Source of the DNA: the human T2T-CHM13v2.0 reference genome, Homo sapiens
Assembly: GCF_009914755.1 (NCBI RefSeq)
Contig: NC_060947.1
Reading direction: 5' to 3' (one strand)
Length of the DNA: 64,000 nt
Below are positions 12,617-25,960 of the stretch, one piece after another. The position numbers and the translations under genes are program-made. Under the pieces are notes generated by a model. It was not told where the DNA came from. It saw nothing but the letters and a program-made list of their open reading frames with translations, and did no database searches. How positions within the stretch are numbered: the stretch's first letter is position 1; the number at the start of each line of letters is the position of its first letter.

Positions 12617-12663
<47 letters not shown>

Positions 12664-15600
12664 AATGAGATCCAAGAGAAATTTGAAATCCAACACAAAG
12701 AAAACAGGATTTGAAAGACGGCATAGCTGTATTGAGAAAGAGCTAAGTGGAACTTCTGGAGTTGAAAAATTTACTACAGGAATTTCAAAATACAGTTGGA
12801 AGACTTAACAACAGACTTGACCGAGAAGAAAAAAGAATTTCAGAGCTCTAAGACCAGTCCTTCAAATCAAGCCATTCAGAAAACAATTTAAAAAAAAAGA
12901 ATTAAAAATGAACAAAGACTTTGAAAATTATGGGATTATGTAAAGCAATCAAATTTATGACTTATTGGCATTCTAGAGAGAGGAGACAGTAAGCAACTTG
13001 GAAAACATATTTGAAGATATAATTCATGCAAAATGCCCAATCTTGATAGAGAGGTCCACGTGCAGATAGAAGAAATTCAGAGAACTCCTGTGAGATACTA
13101 TACAGGATGACCATCCCCAAAGAACATAGTCATCAGACTATCCAAAATCAACGTGAAAGAAAAAAATCCTAAAGGCAGCTAGAGAAAGGGTTTATATTAT
13201 CTACAAAGGGAAACTGATTAGACTAACAATTGACTTCTCAGCAGAAATCTTACAAGCCAGAAGAGATTGGGATCCCATATTTAACATTCTTAAAGAAATG
13301 CCAGCCAAGAATTTCGTATCCTGTCAAACTAAGCTTCGCAAATGAAAGAGAAATAAAATCTATTCTAGACAAGCAATTGCTGTAGAAATGTGTTATCACC
13401 AGACCAGCTGTATGAGAAATGCTTAAGGAAATTCTAAATATAAAACCAAAAGAACAATACTTATGAAGCAATTTGCAACCAAGGAATTTCAACAGAGCCC
13501 TCTGAAAGCACACATAACATACATAAGCAGATAGCCTACGGACCCTATAAAGCAACTACACACTTAAGAATATGAAGTACTTAGCTAATGACACTATGAC
13601 AGGAACAAATCCTTGCATATCAATATTAACCTTGAATGTTAACAGCCTAAATGCTCCACTTAAAAGACATAGAGTGGCAAATTGGATTTTTTTTAAAAAT
13701 CTTCATCTTTCTGCTGTTTTAAAGAGACCCATCTCACATCTAATGACACTTGTAGGCTCAAAGTAAAGGAGTATAAAAAGATCTGTCATGCAAATGGAAA
13801 ACAAAAATGCAGGGGTCATTATTCTGATATCAGATAAAACATATTTTAAACCAACAACAGTATAAAAGGACAAAAGAACAGCTTTACATAATGATAAAGG
13901 GTTCAACTCAAAAAGAAGATTTAACTATCCTAAATATATATGTACCTGACATTGGAGCACCCAGATTCATAAAACAATTACTTCTAGACCTAGGAAATAA
14001 TGTGTGGACACCCACACAATGATAGTGGGGGACTTCAACACCCCAGTGATACCATTACACAGTTCATCAAGGCAAAAATCTACAAATAAACTCTAGATTT
14101 AAATTTGATGCTTAATTAATTGGACCTAGTAGATGTCTACAGAATACTCCACCTCAAAACCACAGCATATACATTCTTCTTCCCTGCATGCAGAATAGAC
14201 TCTCAGATTGACTACATAGTCATGAAGACAGTCTCAATAAATTCAAAAATATCAAAATTATACCAAGCATATTCTTGGACCACGATGGAATAAAAATATA
14301 AATAAACACCAAGAGGACCTCTCAAAATCACAAGATTATATGGAAACTAAACAATTTGCACCTTAATGACTTTTGGGTAAACAAGAAAATTAAGCCAAAA
14401 AAAAAAAAAATTTGAAACAAATGGAAACAAAGGCAACATACCAAAATCTCTGGAATGTGGGAAAATAGTGTTATGAATAAATGTTATAGCATTAAATGGG
14501 TACATCGAGCAGGTAGAAAGACTTTAAATTAACATTTTAACTTCACACCTAAAGGAACTAGAAAAACAAGAAAAAACAAAACCCAAAGCTAGCAGAAGAA
14601 AATAAATAACTAAAATCAGAGGAGAAATAAAGGGAACTGAAATCCCCAAAAAAAAACACAAAAAAGATCAACAAAATTAAAAATTGGTTCTTTAAAGGAT
14701 AAGTAAGACTGATAGACTACTAGGTAGATTAACAAAATAAGAGAGAAGATCCAAATAAGCACAATTGGAAATGACAAAGGTGACATTACAACTGATCCCA
14801 CAGAAATACAAAATATTCTCAGAGGCTATAATCAACACCTCTATGTGCATAAACTGGAAAATCTATAGGAAACTGGTAAATTCCTAGAAAAACACAACCT
14901 CCCAAGATTTAACCAGTAAGAAATGGAAATACTAAACAGACCAATACTTATTAATTAAAAAAAAACTGTAATAAAAAACTTGCCTACCAAAAAAATCATT
15001 GAACCAGTTTGATTCACATCCAGATTCTACAAAGTTCATCAAGAACCGGTGCCAATCCTACTAAAACTATTACCCAGAAGATGAGGAGGAAGGATCTTTC
15101 CCTAACTCATTCTACAAAACCAGTATCATCCTGATGCCAAAATATGGCAAAAGCAGAATGAAAAAGGATAACTATAGGCCAACATTCCTGATGAACATAG
15201 AAGCAAAAATCCTCAATGAAATGCTAGGAAACTGAATTCAGCAGCACATCAAAAAGTAAATTCAACACAGTCAATTAGACTTTATTCCTGGGATGCAAGG
15301 TTGGTTCAACATATGCAAATCAATAAATGTGTTTCACCACAAAAACAGAATTTAAAATATAAACCAAATAATTATCTCAATAGATGTGGAAAAAGCATTC
15401 AGTACAATCCAAAATTTCTTCATGACAAAAACCCTCCCCAAAATGGGCATGGAAGGAACATTCCTCAAAATAATAAGAGCTATCAGTGACAGCTCAAAAG
15501 CCATGATCATATTAAATGAGCAAAAGCTGAAAGCATTCCCCCTAAGAACTGGAACAAAGCAAGCATGTCCACTCTCGGCATTCCTATTCAACATAACACT

Positions 15601-16955
15601 GGAAGTCCTAGCCAGAGCAACTGGGCAAGACAAAGGGAGAAAAGGCATTCAAATAGGCAAAGAGAAAGTCAAATTTTCTCTCTTCACTGATAATATAATT
15701 CTATAGCTTGAAAATCCTAAAGACTCCACAAAAAAGCTTCTACAACTGATAAATGACTTCAGTAAAATTTCTGGATACAAAAATCAATGTACAAAAATAA
15801 CTAGCATTTCTATGATTTGCTACCAAGAAAATAAGTAGCATTTCTCTAGCAGTTCAAGCTGAGAATAAAATCAAGAATGCAATCTCATTTACAACAGCCA
15901 TAAGAAAGAAAATATCTAGGAATATGACTAACCAAGAAGGTGAAAGATCTCTACAAGGAAACTACAAAACACTGATTAAATAAATTATAGATGTCACAAA
16001 CAAATGGAAAAACACACTATGCTCATAGTTTGGAAGAATCAATATTATTAAAATGGCCATATTGCCCAAACCAATCTACAGATTCAATGCTATTCCTATT
16101 AAATGACCAATTTAATTTTTCACAGAATTAGAAAAGTTATTATAAAATTCATGTGCAACCAAGAAAGAGCCCAAATAACCAAAGCAATCCTAAACAAAAA
16201 GAAGAAAGCCAGAGACATTGCATTACCCATCTTCAAAGTATACTACAAGGCTAAAACAGCATGGTGCTGGTAGAAAAAACAAACACATAGATAAATGGAA
16301 CAGAATAGAAGACCCAGAAATAAAGCCACACATCTACAACCATCTGATCTTTGTGAAATTTCATAAACAAACAAAAAAGCATTGGGGAAAGGACTCCCTA
16401 TTTAATAAATGGTGCTGGGAAAATTGGCTAACCATTTGTAGAAGAATGAAGATGGACCCCCTATCTCTCATCATATACAAAAATTAACTTAAAATAGATT
16501 AAAGACTTGAATGCAAGACCTCCAACAGGGGAAATCCTAGAAGAAAACCTAGGATATACTCTTCTTGATATTGGCCTAGGCAAAGAATTTATGACTAAGT
16601 ACGCAAAAGAAAGCATACAAAAAAAAATGAACAATTGGGACCTAATTAAATTACAGAACTTTTGCACAGCAAAAGAAACTATCAACAGAGTAAACAGATA
16701 ACCTAAAGAATGGGAGAAAATATTTACAAACTATGCATCTGACAAAGGACTAATATGCAGAATCTATAAGGAACTTAAAAAGCAAAAAACAAATAACCCT
16801 ATTTAGAAGTGGGTAAAGGACATGAACAGACACTTCTGAAAAGAAGAAATATAATTTTCCAACAAATACATGAACCAAAAGCTAAACATCACTATCAGAT
16901 AAATGCAAAATAAAATCACAATGAGATACAATCTCACACCAGTCAGAATGGCTAT

Positions 16956-17001
16956 TATTAGGTTGGTGAAAAAGTAATTGTGGTTTTTGCCATTACTTTT
17001 A
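16956..17001 (+). mobile_element. MADE1 (Hsmar1 MITE), one arm only, inside L1
   Basis: TATTAGGTTGGTGAAAAAGTAATTGTGGTTTTTGCCATTACTTTTA matches a mariner TIR; L1 sequence resumes afterwards. Confidence 0.85.
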
Positions 17002-17152
17002 TTATTTAAAAAGTCAAAAAATGAAAGATGTTGTTGAAGCTGTGGAAAAAATAAAATGCTTATACACTGTTGGTGGGATTGTAAATTAGTTCAGCCCCTG
17101 TGGAAAGCAGTTTTGAGATTTTTCAACAAACCAAAACCAAAAGTATCATTTG

Positions 17153-17452
<300 letters not shown>

Positions 17453-17485
17453 TCATTTTACCCAGCAATCCTATTACTGGTTATA

Positions 17486-17868
17486 TGTATTAGTCCGTTC
17501 TCAAACTGCTATTAAGAACTACCTGAGACTGGGTAATCTATGAAGAAAAGAGGTTTAATTGACTCACAGTTCCACAGGCTATACAGGAAGCATGGCTGGA
17601 AGGCTTCAGGAAACTCAAAATCACGGTAGAAGGCAAAGGAAAAGCAAGAACATCTTACCATGGCACAGCAGGAGAGAGAGAGTGAAGGGGGAAATGCTGC
17701 ACACTTTTAAACAACTAGATTTTGCGAGAACTCACTCACTATCCTGAGAACAGCAAGAGGGAAATCCGCCGCCATAATCCAATCACCTCCCACCAGGTAC
17801 CTCCCCCAACACTGGGATTTACAATTCAACATGAGATTCGGGTGGGAACATAGAGACAAACCATATCA
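17486..17868 (-). mobile_element. THE1D/MSTA-like MaLR solo LTR inside L1
   Basis: TGTATTAGTCCGTTCTC...CAAACCATATCA; L1 sequence is continuous across it. Confidence 0.9.
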
Positions 17869-19885
17869 GTAAATAACCAATGGGGAAAAAAAATCATTGT
17901 ACAGAAAAGGCACCTGTTCTCCTATGTTCATCACAGCACTATTAACAATAGCAAAGACATAGAATCAGCCTAGGTGCCCATCAATGGTGGATTGAATAAA
18001 GATAATGTGGTAAATATACATCATGGAGTACTATACAGCTACAAAAAAATAAATAAAATTATGTCCTTTGCAGCAACATGGATGCTACTGCATGCCTTTA
18101 TCCTAATTGAATTAATGTAGAAACAAAAAAATATATTGCATGTTTTACTTATAAGTAAGAGCCAAACATCTGGTACACATGTACATAAATATGGAGACAG
18201 TAGACAGTGGGGAATCCAAATGGTGGGAGATGGGGTAGGGAGAAGGGCTGAAAAACTTCCTACTAGGTACTATGTTCACTCTCAGGGTAAGGGGATCAAT
18301 AGACCCCAAACCTCAGCATCATGCAATACACGCTCATAAAAAACCTACACATATATCCTGTGAACTTATATTTCAAATATTTAAAAATAATGATCCATAA
18401 ATTAGTCAGAGGTATTTTTTGCACCAGCCCAAGTGAACTAAGACAGATGGTTATTAAGATATTAAAATAGAATAAATAAAACAGACATTGATGGAGTTGA
18501 AATGAAGGTCTTAATACAGCACTGTTGTAGATTGGGTAGACCAAAGGACCCCCTGTTGTTCCCCAACACTAAAGATCCCCCAGAAATGTTAACCCTATTT
18601 AGCCCAGGTCAGAGAAATTTAAAACGCCAGAAAGTGTTTTACGTATTTTAAAGATGACAATGAGAAATGTGACATGGAGTTTATGGGTGCAATCAAATGT
18701 CAGATTAATCATGATAAAAACTGACAAAAGGGCCAGAGTCTCTTGGCTCAACTACTCATTGGGGAAGGAAAATGAATTTCTGGGTCTCCTTTACACAGGA
18801 GCCACATGTACTGCATGTAGTGTGTGACCAAACCCATTGGAAAATCTCTAGCAGGGACAATCATTATATTGAAAGAATATAGAAATGTTAGGAGTGAGAG
18901 AATTAAGAAAGTTAAAACATTTAAACAGATTGTTCCTCCCTTTACTTGAATGTTTTTTTTGGGAATTGATATTATGTCTAACTGGAAAACACTTTCCCTA
19001 CCTAGTATTGCAAAAACAAAATTTGTTAATAAAGTCTTAATTGCAAAAACATCATTTGCTCTTAAAGTGTTGCAACATCTTTATGTGAAAGAATCGTGCC
19101 TATTTTACCTGAATGTATTATGACGATGGACATTCTGACTGACTGGGGGAATAATTCCAATACCCAGTGTTACAAAACTGAAGGCTTTTGAGGGATGCAT
19201 TAAGATAAGACATGTCAATTCCCATTAGAAGAACATTCTTCTGGGTTTGAAGGGTAATTGGAATCTACTAGTGGATATCCTGGTGTCCTTGCTTAAAGTG
19301 GCCACAGGGGTCCATGAAAAGAGTGGATGTTGGGGGGCTGCAGCAATTCAGAGATGGTTGAATCTGGATATATTTCTCTTATATCCACTGAGGCACAAAA
19401 TGCCAATAAGAACTGTTCTGTCTGTCAACAAATGAGAGAGACTACAGATAGTATGTGGCAGATTTCCTGTAAGGCCTCAAACATAGCTGGCAAGTCAAAC
19501 TGATACCTATAGTAATGGGGGACTACATACCAATCCTGTGAAGAATAGATGCTCACCCTGAACTGGACTGGTTGAAGATGCAAATGTACACAGTACTAGA
19601 AAAGATTTGAAACAGAATAGATTGCAAAAATCTGGACTGCCAAGTTACGTTTCTTCAAACCAAGGTACACAGTTTATAGTCCATAAAGTCTAGCAATGGG
19701 CAGTGATAGATTCTCCTAGAAGTAATACTTGGATAGAGAATTGGAAGAAGCAACTCAAAGACTGGTTGTCTAACACAAGAGGGGAAATGTAGGAATGAAG
19801 GACTAGCTTAGATGACTTCACAAGTATGTGCTCACACTGAACATGAGAAGCACTAAAGGAGTGTCCCCACTAGACAATTTCCTAT

Positions 19886-19929
19886 GTTTTGTTTTGTTTT
19901 GTTTTGTTTTGTTTTGTTTTGTTTTGTTT
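19886..19929 (+). repeat. (GTTTT)n microsatellite
   Basis: Direct reading of the sequence. Confidence 0.95.
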
Positions 19930-20127
19930 CTGGGTATGGGGTAGGGAAGAATGTTGGTGTGACTATACATTTCTTCCCATGGTACGAACATGTTGGCATG
20001 ATAGCTATGCTTTTTTTCTTTCTTCCCCATACCACACCAACTTTCTTTTTCATCCCTGTTGCAGGTCCAGGGTTGCAACTAAAAGTGCTAGAAATAGAGG
20101 TGATTCCTAAGAAAGAAACTGTAACTG

Positions 20128-20471
20128 CCGTCATATATCACTTAACAATGAGGATACCTTCTGAGATATGTCTTATAAGGCTATTTTGTCATTGTGCAAA
20201 CATTATAGAATGTACATACACAAATTTAGATGGTACCGCTTACTATCCACCTAGATTATATGATATAGCCTATTGCTTCTAGGCTACAAACCTGTACAAC
20301 GCGTTACTGCACTGAATCCTGTAGACAATTGTAACATAATGGTAATTATTTGTGTATCTAAACATATCTAAACATGGGAAATGTACAGTAAAAATACAGT
20401 ATTATAATCTTATGGGACACCATCGCAAATGTGGTCAGTTGCTGAGTGAAGCGTCATGAACTGCATGACTG
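20128..20471 (-). mobile_element. Tigger3a (MER7A)-like DNA transposon
   Basis: C(c/a)GTCAT...ATGACTG termini; internal AAAATACAGTATTATAATCTTATGGGAC. Confidence 0.85.
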
Positions 20472-21123
20472 TGTATGTTTATACATTAATGTCAGAATTC
20501 TCAAGGATCTGATAGTGGGGATTGTGCATTCACCTTATCTGCAACAGTGGAATTGAGAGTAAATCCTGCTGTGTTGCTTAGTGGTCAAGATAGCCCATTA
20601 GTTGCCTATGTAATACTACCCTATTTAAATGTCTGTAAACTGCAGGGGAGGAATTTGCTAGACTAGTATTGCTGGCTGTAATCTGGACTAATACAGTTGC
20701 TGAACTTAGTGTTGTTTCCAAAGGAGGAAAAGTTTGGGTATAAATGGACAGAAGAAAGAGATGCAGCTGAGAATAAAGAAATGAATAAATGAGTCATGTA
20801 ATAAGTGAAATCAATATTATATTTGTGTCTTGAAATAGGCTCAGTGCAAGAGATGATATAGTCTCTTAGCTCAATTATACCAGATGCCAGAAAGGGTAAA
20901 GTTATGTATTTCTGAGACTATTCCTGCTTGTGGAAGCGAGCCAGATCAAATGGAGACCAACAAACCTGAGAGGCCTCACCCTGGGAGACATATTCATATA
21001 ACAGAATGATTGACTGGGCTAATTATTAATGAGTGAGTGGGAATCGAGTAATATGACCGTATCTTTCAAATTTTATGATTCTTTTGCTATAAGGGATCCA
21101 TGGTCAAAGACCAACAAGTGGTC

Positions 21124-21546
21124 TGTGGTATAATAAAACAGTTTCTGGCACACAGCTTCTAAAACCCTTGGAATTTTCTGAGTTAGAGCAATGAGTTACT
21201 TTCTTCATAATGATTTCCTTTAGATTACATTTGAGTCTATGCTAATGGGTCTCCTAGATCACCTCAGGATGGGGGCTGATTACAAGAAAGACCAAACTTG
21301 CTTAGAGGATGAAAATTTCAGCCTCACCCCTTAACCTCCAAGGAAATGTAGGGATGGAGATTGGGTTATAAAAACTCTCGAACAAGAAAATTCTGGGTTG
21401 GTGAACACATTGATATAATGGGAAGGAGTCATTCCAGGAAAAGGTATGGAAGCTCTGTACCCCCACATCCTCATCCCTTTCCCTTCGCATTTCTTCCAGT
21501 TAACTATTCCTCAGTCGTATCCTTGACAATAAACCTGTAAATGTAA
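21124..21546 (+). mobile_element. MER21C-like LTR (3' LTR, 3'-truncated)
   Basis: TGTGGTATAATAA..CTGGCACACAGCTTCTAAAACCCTTGGAATTTTCTGAG; homologous to 7990-8140. Confidence 0.75.
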
Positions 21547-21588
21547 CACACACACACACACAGACACACACACACTCACACACACACC
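21546..21588 (+). repeat. Imperfect (CA)n
   Basis: Direct reading of the sequence. Confidence 0.95.
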
Positions 21589-22321
21589 CCATAATATATT
21601 TGGCATATAATCTTAGATTATGTGTGTGACTATATGTAAAGACATTAAAAAATCATATTTCTAATCTTTTTTCTCTTTTTCACCCACCTCCCTGTTTATA
21701 AATTTGTTCAATGCAATAAAAATAGTTTTCACTCATAGTGGATTGAAAATTATAGGAAAAATATATCTGTCTTTATTAAATTAAAGCTTCTAAATAATAT
21801 GTTTTGCGTTATTGATGCTTTATTTCTAAAGTACTCTGAAAATTTTAAATTTACCAATATACCCTTAAGGTTTTCTTTTGTTGTAATTTTCAGTTTGCAT
21901 TTCTAATAACTGTTTTATTGGACTTTACTTTCTGCATTGTTACAGATTACATTCAGCATTTTCATGCAGATGCTATGTCACTACATGAAGATAATGCTAA
22001 AAGATGAAATTTGCACATGGAGAGCTGTAAGAAACAGTATATTTCTTGTAAAAGAAGAAACTGAAATTGCAGAGCTCTTTGACTGTCCTGTCTCTTACAC
22101 CTGACAGTTCTGGGTATGCCTTTGCGGTTAGCAACATTTTTCCCCTAAAGGATTGACATTTAATAACACTATTCTCGCCTGTCTGACTTCAGTTATCTCA
22201 TTAGAAAAAGATGATTCAAGAAAGCTGAATATATTTCCTCCAGTGTTTAAGTTTCCTAATTAAAAATAGGAGTGCAGATTCAGGAGAGAAAAGTACTGTT
22301 GAGGGAGCAGTTTTTTACTGT

Positions 22322-22818
22322 TTAGGATTGCTTTTGGCCATAAATAAAACAACATCTTATCATATGACATAAGAAGTAAAGTCTTTATCTTTCTTTGTAA
22401 TCAGGAAATTCAGCTCATCTGGCTGCTTGAAGATGCAGTATGGGCCCAGGTTCCTTCTCCATGCTTTCCCAATGTCTTTATTATGTGGCTGTCTTTCTTA
22501 TGGTCAGAATTTAGTTGCTGTGCCTCCATTATCTCTGTGTGCCAGGCAGAAAGAAGGGAAAAGCAGAAAAGCGCAATGGCCAAAACATTTAACTTTAAAG
22601 CCAGTGGTATTTTATTTGTGAATAAAAGCACTCCCCAGGAGCTTCCGCCTATATCTGATTGATCACAATTGCTTCACAAAAGCACTCATAGCTACAAAGG
22701 AGCAGGAGAAGGTAAACTATTTGAACGTATATATTGTCTGCCACCTGAATAAAATTAGGGTTCACTTAGCAAGAAAGAAGAGAACAGATATTAGATAAGC
22801 AGCTAGCAGTTTCTGCCT
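22322..22818 (-). mobile_element. Ancient MaLR LTR (MLT1K/L-like)
   Basis: Ends AAGAAAGAAGAGAACAGATATTAGATAAGCAGCTAGCAGTTTCTGCC; GCTACAAAGGAGCAGGAGAA motif. Confidence 0.6.
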
Positions 22819-23209
22819 AAGGTAAATACAATGCTACTATGCACATACTTATAATTAAAAAAATACTTGTTGAATAAATTGAAGTTGAAGGCTCTCAGAA
22901 TTAGTTGCACTTAAAATGATTTTAGTTTTTATTTTTTTCTTTTATTTTCTATTCTATTGTACAAGTACAAGCTATATTCTGAGATATAGATGCTAAATAG
23001 AGAATAAAAATATTGGCTCTGCTTACAAGAAATATTTTGATAAACCAAAAGTAGTTTGGAATTCCAAACAAAAAAGAGTAGGTAAACTGCTTTCTAAAAA
23101 ATGTAGTTCCTGTTAACTTATGTTCCAATACAAACATTATTCTCTTCAGGAGAAATTCTGGTAAATTAAAAATTTCTATCACATGGTAGGCTATCTTTAA
23201 AACCATGAT

Positions 23210-24240
23210 ATTTAGAACTAAATGCCCTACTATATGTATGTCTGGCCAGGAGAGCAGAATTATCCATTCTTCTAAAGACATTACGTATCTATTATTTTAG
23301 GCTGAGATCAAGGTAACATTCTTTTGGCAACCAATCATACAGGTAACAATTTCAGTCAGTTATGACCTTTAGGTTGTTTTTTGTTTTTGAATTCACTGCT
23401 ATTGTATCCTGTCTTTCTTATGCAAAGCCTATATAAGTATTTACCTCACCCAATTGTAGAACTTTATATTTTTACTTGTAAAAGTTAATCCTGTCATATA
23501 TGTTATATTATTAAAGTCCCAAAATATATTCAAATTTTGATTTTCTAATCCAGAGTATTATCAATTGTCTTTGCCATGTCTCTTCATAGACATCATCTAA
23601 GTCACTGATAAAATATTAGAAGAAAACATAAAACGGAGGTAAAGACTGTCTGGCACTCTAGGGAAACCTCAAGTCTATCCATCCATGAATCAAACCCCTT
23701 TGGATGATGTGTGTAATTTTATGGACTCGTATAATGGTTATTTCATTCAGTCTTCATTTTCCTACATTGTATAGACTATTACGTACCTTTGTGATTTATT
23801 TTCTCATCACAACATATCTTATATCTTTCTCATTTCCATAATCAATCAGGACATTATTTTTTATTAAGAAAGCAAATGCAAACTAGTATATATTTAGGAT
23901 GAACAAGTCTAGAGATCTAATGTACATCACGAGAACTATAGTTAATAAAATTATACTATATATGGGATTTCTACTAAATAAGTTTTAGGTGCTCTTGCCG
24001 CAAAACAGAGGGTAAACGTGAGATTGTAGATATGTTAATTTGCTTCACTATTGTAACCATTTCACTTTCCATATGTGTATCCATAATATCATGTTGTATA
24101 TTAAAATATACACAATAAGAAGTATTTTTTTAAAAAAGAAAGAAAATATATGTAGTCTGTTGGCTATTTTGTTTTTTTTTTAAACTGATGTTGACTCATA
24201 GTAATCACTGTTTCTTTTTCTAAATATTAACATTCCATTT
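23210..24240 (-). mobile_element. L3/CR1 LINE fossil, interrupted by an L1 fragment
   Basis: CATCTAAGTCACTGATAAAATATT..CTGGCACTCTAGGGAAACCTC resembles the antisense of the CR1 RT motif (GVPQGSVL..FINDL); resumes after 24140. Confidence 0.55.
23872..24135 (+). mobile_element. L1MA10/L1MB-type 3' end fragment
   Basis: TAGGATGAACAAGTCTAGAGATCTAATGTAC...ATGTTGTATATTAAAATATACACAATAA plus A-rich tail. Confidence 0.8.
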
Positions 24241-24609
24241 ACGTACAATATCTATTATTTATATCGTTACATAATTTATTTTGTAATTTTTTATTTTTAT
24301 CTTTTAATATTAAGAAATAATGCTGTTTATCAAATCATTCATTCATCTTATCCAGTTTTTACCATATTAAATTGTGAAAAGTTGTGCGTATTTCAAAATT
24401 GCTTTAAATCTCTGTTTTCCCAGAGTCATAAACACTGGCTTGTTTCAATTCAATGGGCAGATTTTCATGTTGAATTTGGTGAAGCTCTTCTTCAGGAACT
24501 ACCTGTGGAAAAGGATTGTGTAGGAGGCTATTGTTTTATCTATTCTTCCAGTCTTTTCCTAATAAATAACTTAATTTTAAGTGGTTTATTATCACTACCT
24601 TAAAAAAAT

Positions 24610-24965
24610 TAAACCACTTAATTTTTTAATAATTATTAATATGTTAATACTTAAATCTGCCATTTTATTGTTTGTTTTCTTTTTGTTTCTTCTATTTCTC
24701 TTTCCTCTGTTTTTTCTTGCCTTCCTGTGAATTGCGTGAATATCTCTCAGGATTTCTTCTTAATTTATTTATAGTGCTTTTGAGTATCACTTTGTATAGC
24801 TTCTCTACTGGCTGCTCTTGGTATTACAATATTCATCATACATGTGATTTAATTTACTAACATCAAAGTGTAGTACTTTGAATAAAGTGTGAAACCTTAC
24901 TTTCATTTATCTTCCTTTACCCTCCCTTCTTCTACATAGTATTGTCTCGAGTATATAATACTGTT
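24610..24965 (-). mobile_element. Old L1ME/L1M fragment
   Basis: TTAAATCTGCCATTTTATTGTTTGTTTTCT.. typical of the antisense L1M inter-ORF region. Confidence 0.55.
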
Positions 24966-25009
24966 ATAAGTTTTTCAATGATCTTAATTGTCACGTTCCT
25001 TTCTGCATT

Positions 25010-25407
25010 TGTATGTGCTGTACTTTCTGCCTGGCTTGTTATTCCTTTCTCTCTTTGCCTAGTTAATGCCTGGTCATCCTTCTTATATTGACTATATATT
25101 GACTATATTATAGTCGATATATAGACTATATAGACAGTATATAGACTAATGGACTATATATTGACTATATTATTTCCTCACAGACACTTATCCTGACTTG
25201 CTTGCCTCAAGAAAACCCAGGGAACTACAGGATCTCAAAGTTTTCTCTTTCAGCAAATATCATAAATTTTTAACATCTGTAAAGTGAGTACTTGGTTAAT
25301 GGCTTTCTTACCATATATTGTTTTGTTCCCTCATGTATCACTAGCACTTAGTACTTTTCTTGAAACATAATACTTAACCAGCAAGTAGTTGCTGAATCAA
25401 GGAATAA
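25010..25407 (+). mobile_element. L2 3' fragment
   Basis: GTGCTGTACTTTCTGCCTGG.. and terminal CTAGCACTTAG..TTGCTGAATCAAGGAAT. Confidence 0.55.
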
Positions 25408-25558
25408 GTCTCTCTGGATTGTAGTCTTCTCATCTGAATTACTGATGTACAATTCATTATTTTTAAATTTGTAATGAAGATTAAAGGAGATTATGTATAT
25501 GAAGATGCACATCAAGTATGTAGAAAAATGTAGAGAACAGACAGTAGCTATTATTATT
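25408..25558 (+). mobile_element. MIR 3' half
   Basis: AGTCTTCTCATCTG..GTAATGAAGATTAAAGGAGATTATGTAT..AGCTATTATTATT. Confidence 0.6.
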
Positions 25559-25666
25559 GATAGATAAAAGGAAGTTGTGATATGAATGTATTGAGTTAGG
25601 AGATCAATACTATATGCTATGAATATGAGGAGATTACAGGCCAATTAAGTTAAAAAGTCAACAAGC

Positions 25667-25960
25667 GGCTGAGCGCAGTGGCTCATGCCTGTAATCCCAG
25701 CACTTTGGGAAGCCAAGGCAGTTGGATCACTTGAGGTTGGAAGTTCGAGACCAGCCTTGGTGAAACCCCATCTCTACTAAAAATACAAAAATTAGCCAGG
25801 CATGGTGGTACATGTCTGTAGTCTCAGCTATTCAGGAGGCTGAGACAGAGAATGGCTTGAACCTGGGAGGCCGAGGTTGCAGTGAGCTAAGATCAGGCCA
25901 GTGCACTCCAGCCTGGGTGACAGAGGGAGACTCTGTCACAAAAAAAAAAAAAAAAAAAAA
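25667..25960 (+). mobile_element. AluS (Sx/Sz-like)
   Basis: Dimeric Alu with poly(A); TSD AAAAGTCAA(C/G)AAGC. Confidence 0.97.

Noticed and set aside
13572-16701. ORFs with endonuclease and RT motifs
   Set aside because: Fragments of a dead L1 ORF2 with many stops and frameshifts, not a gene; same for 32130-33454 and 60622-63827
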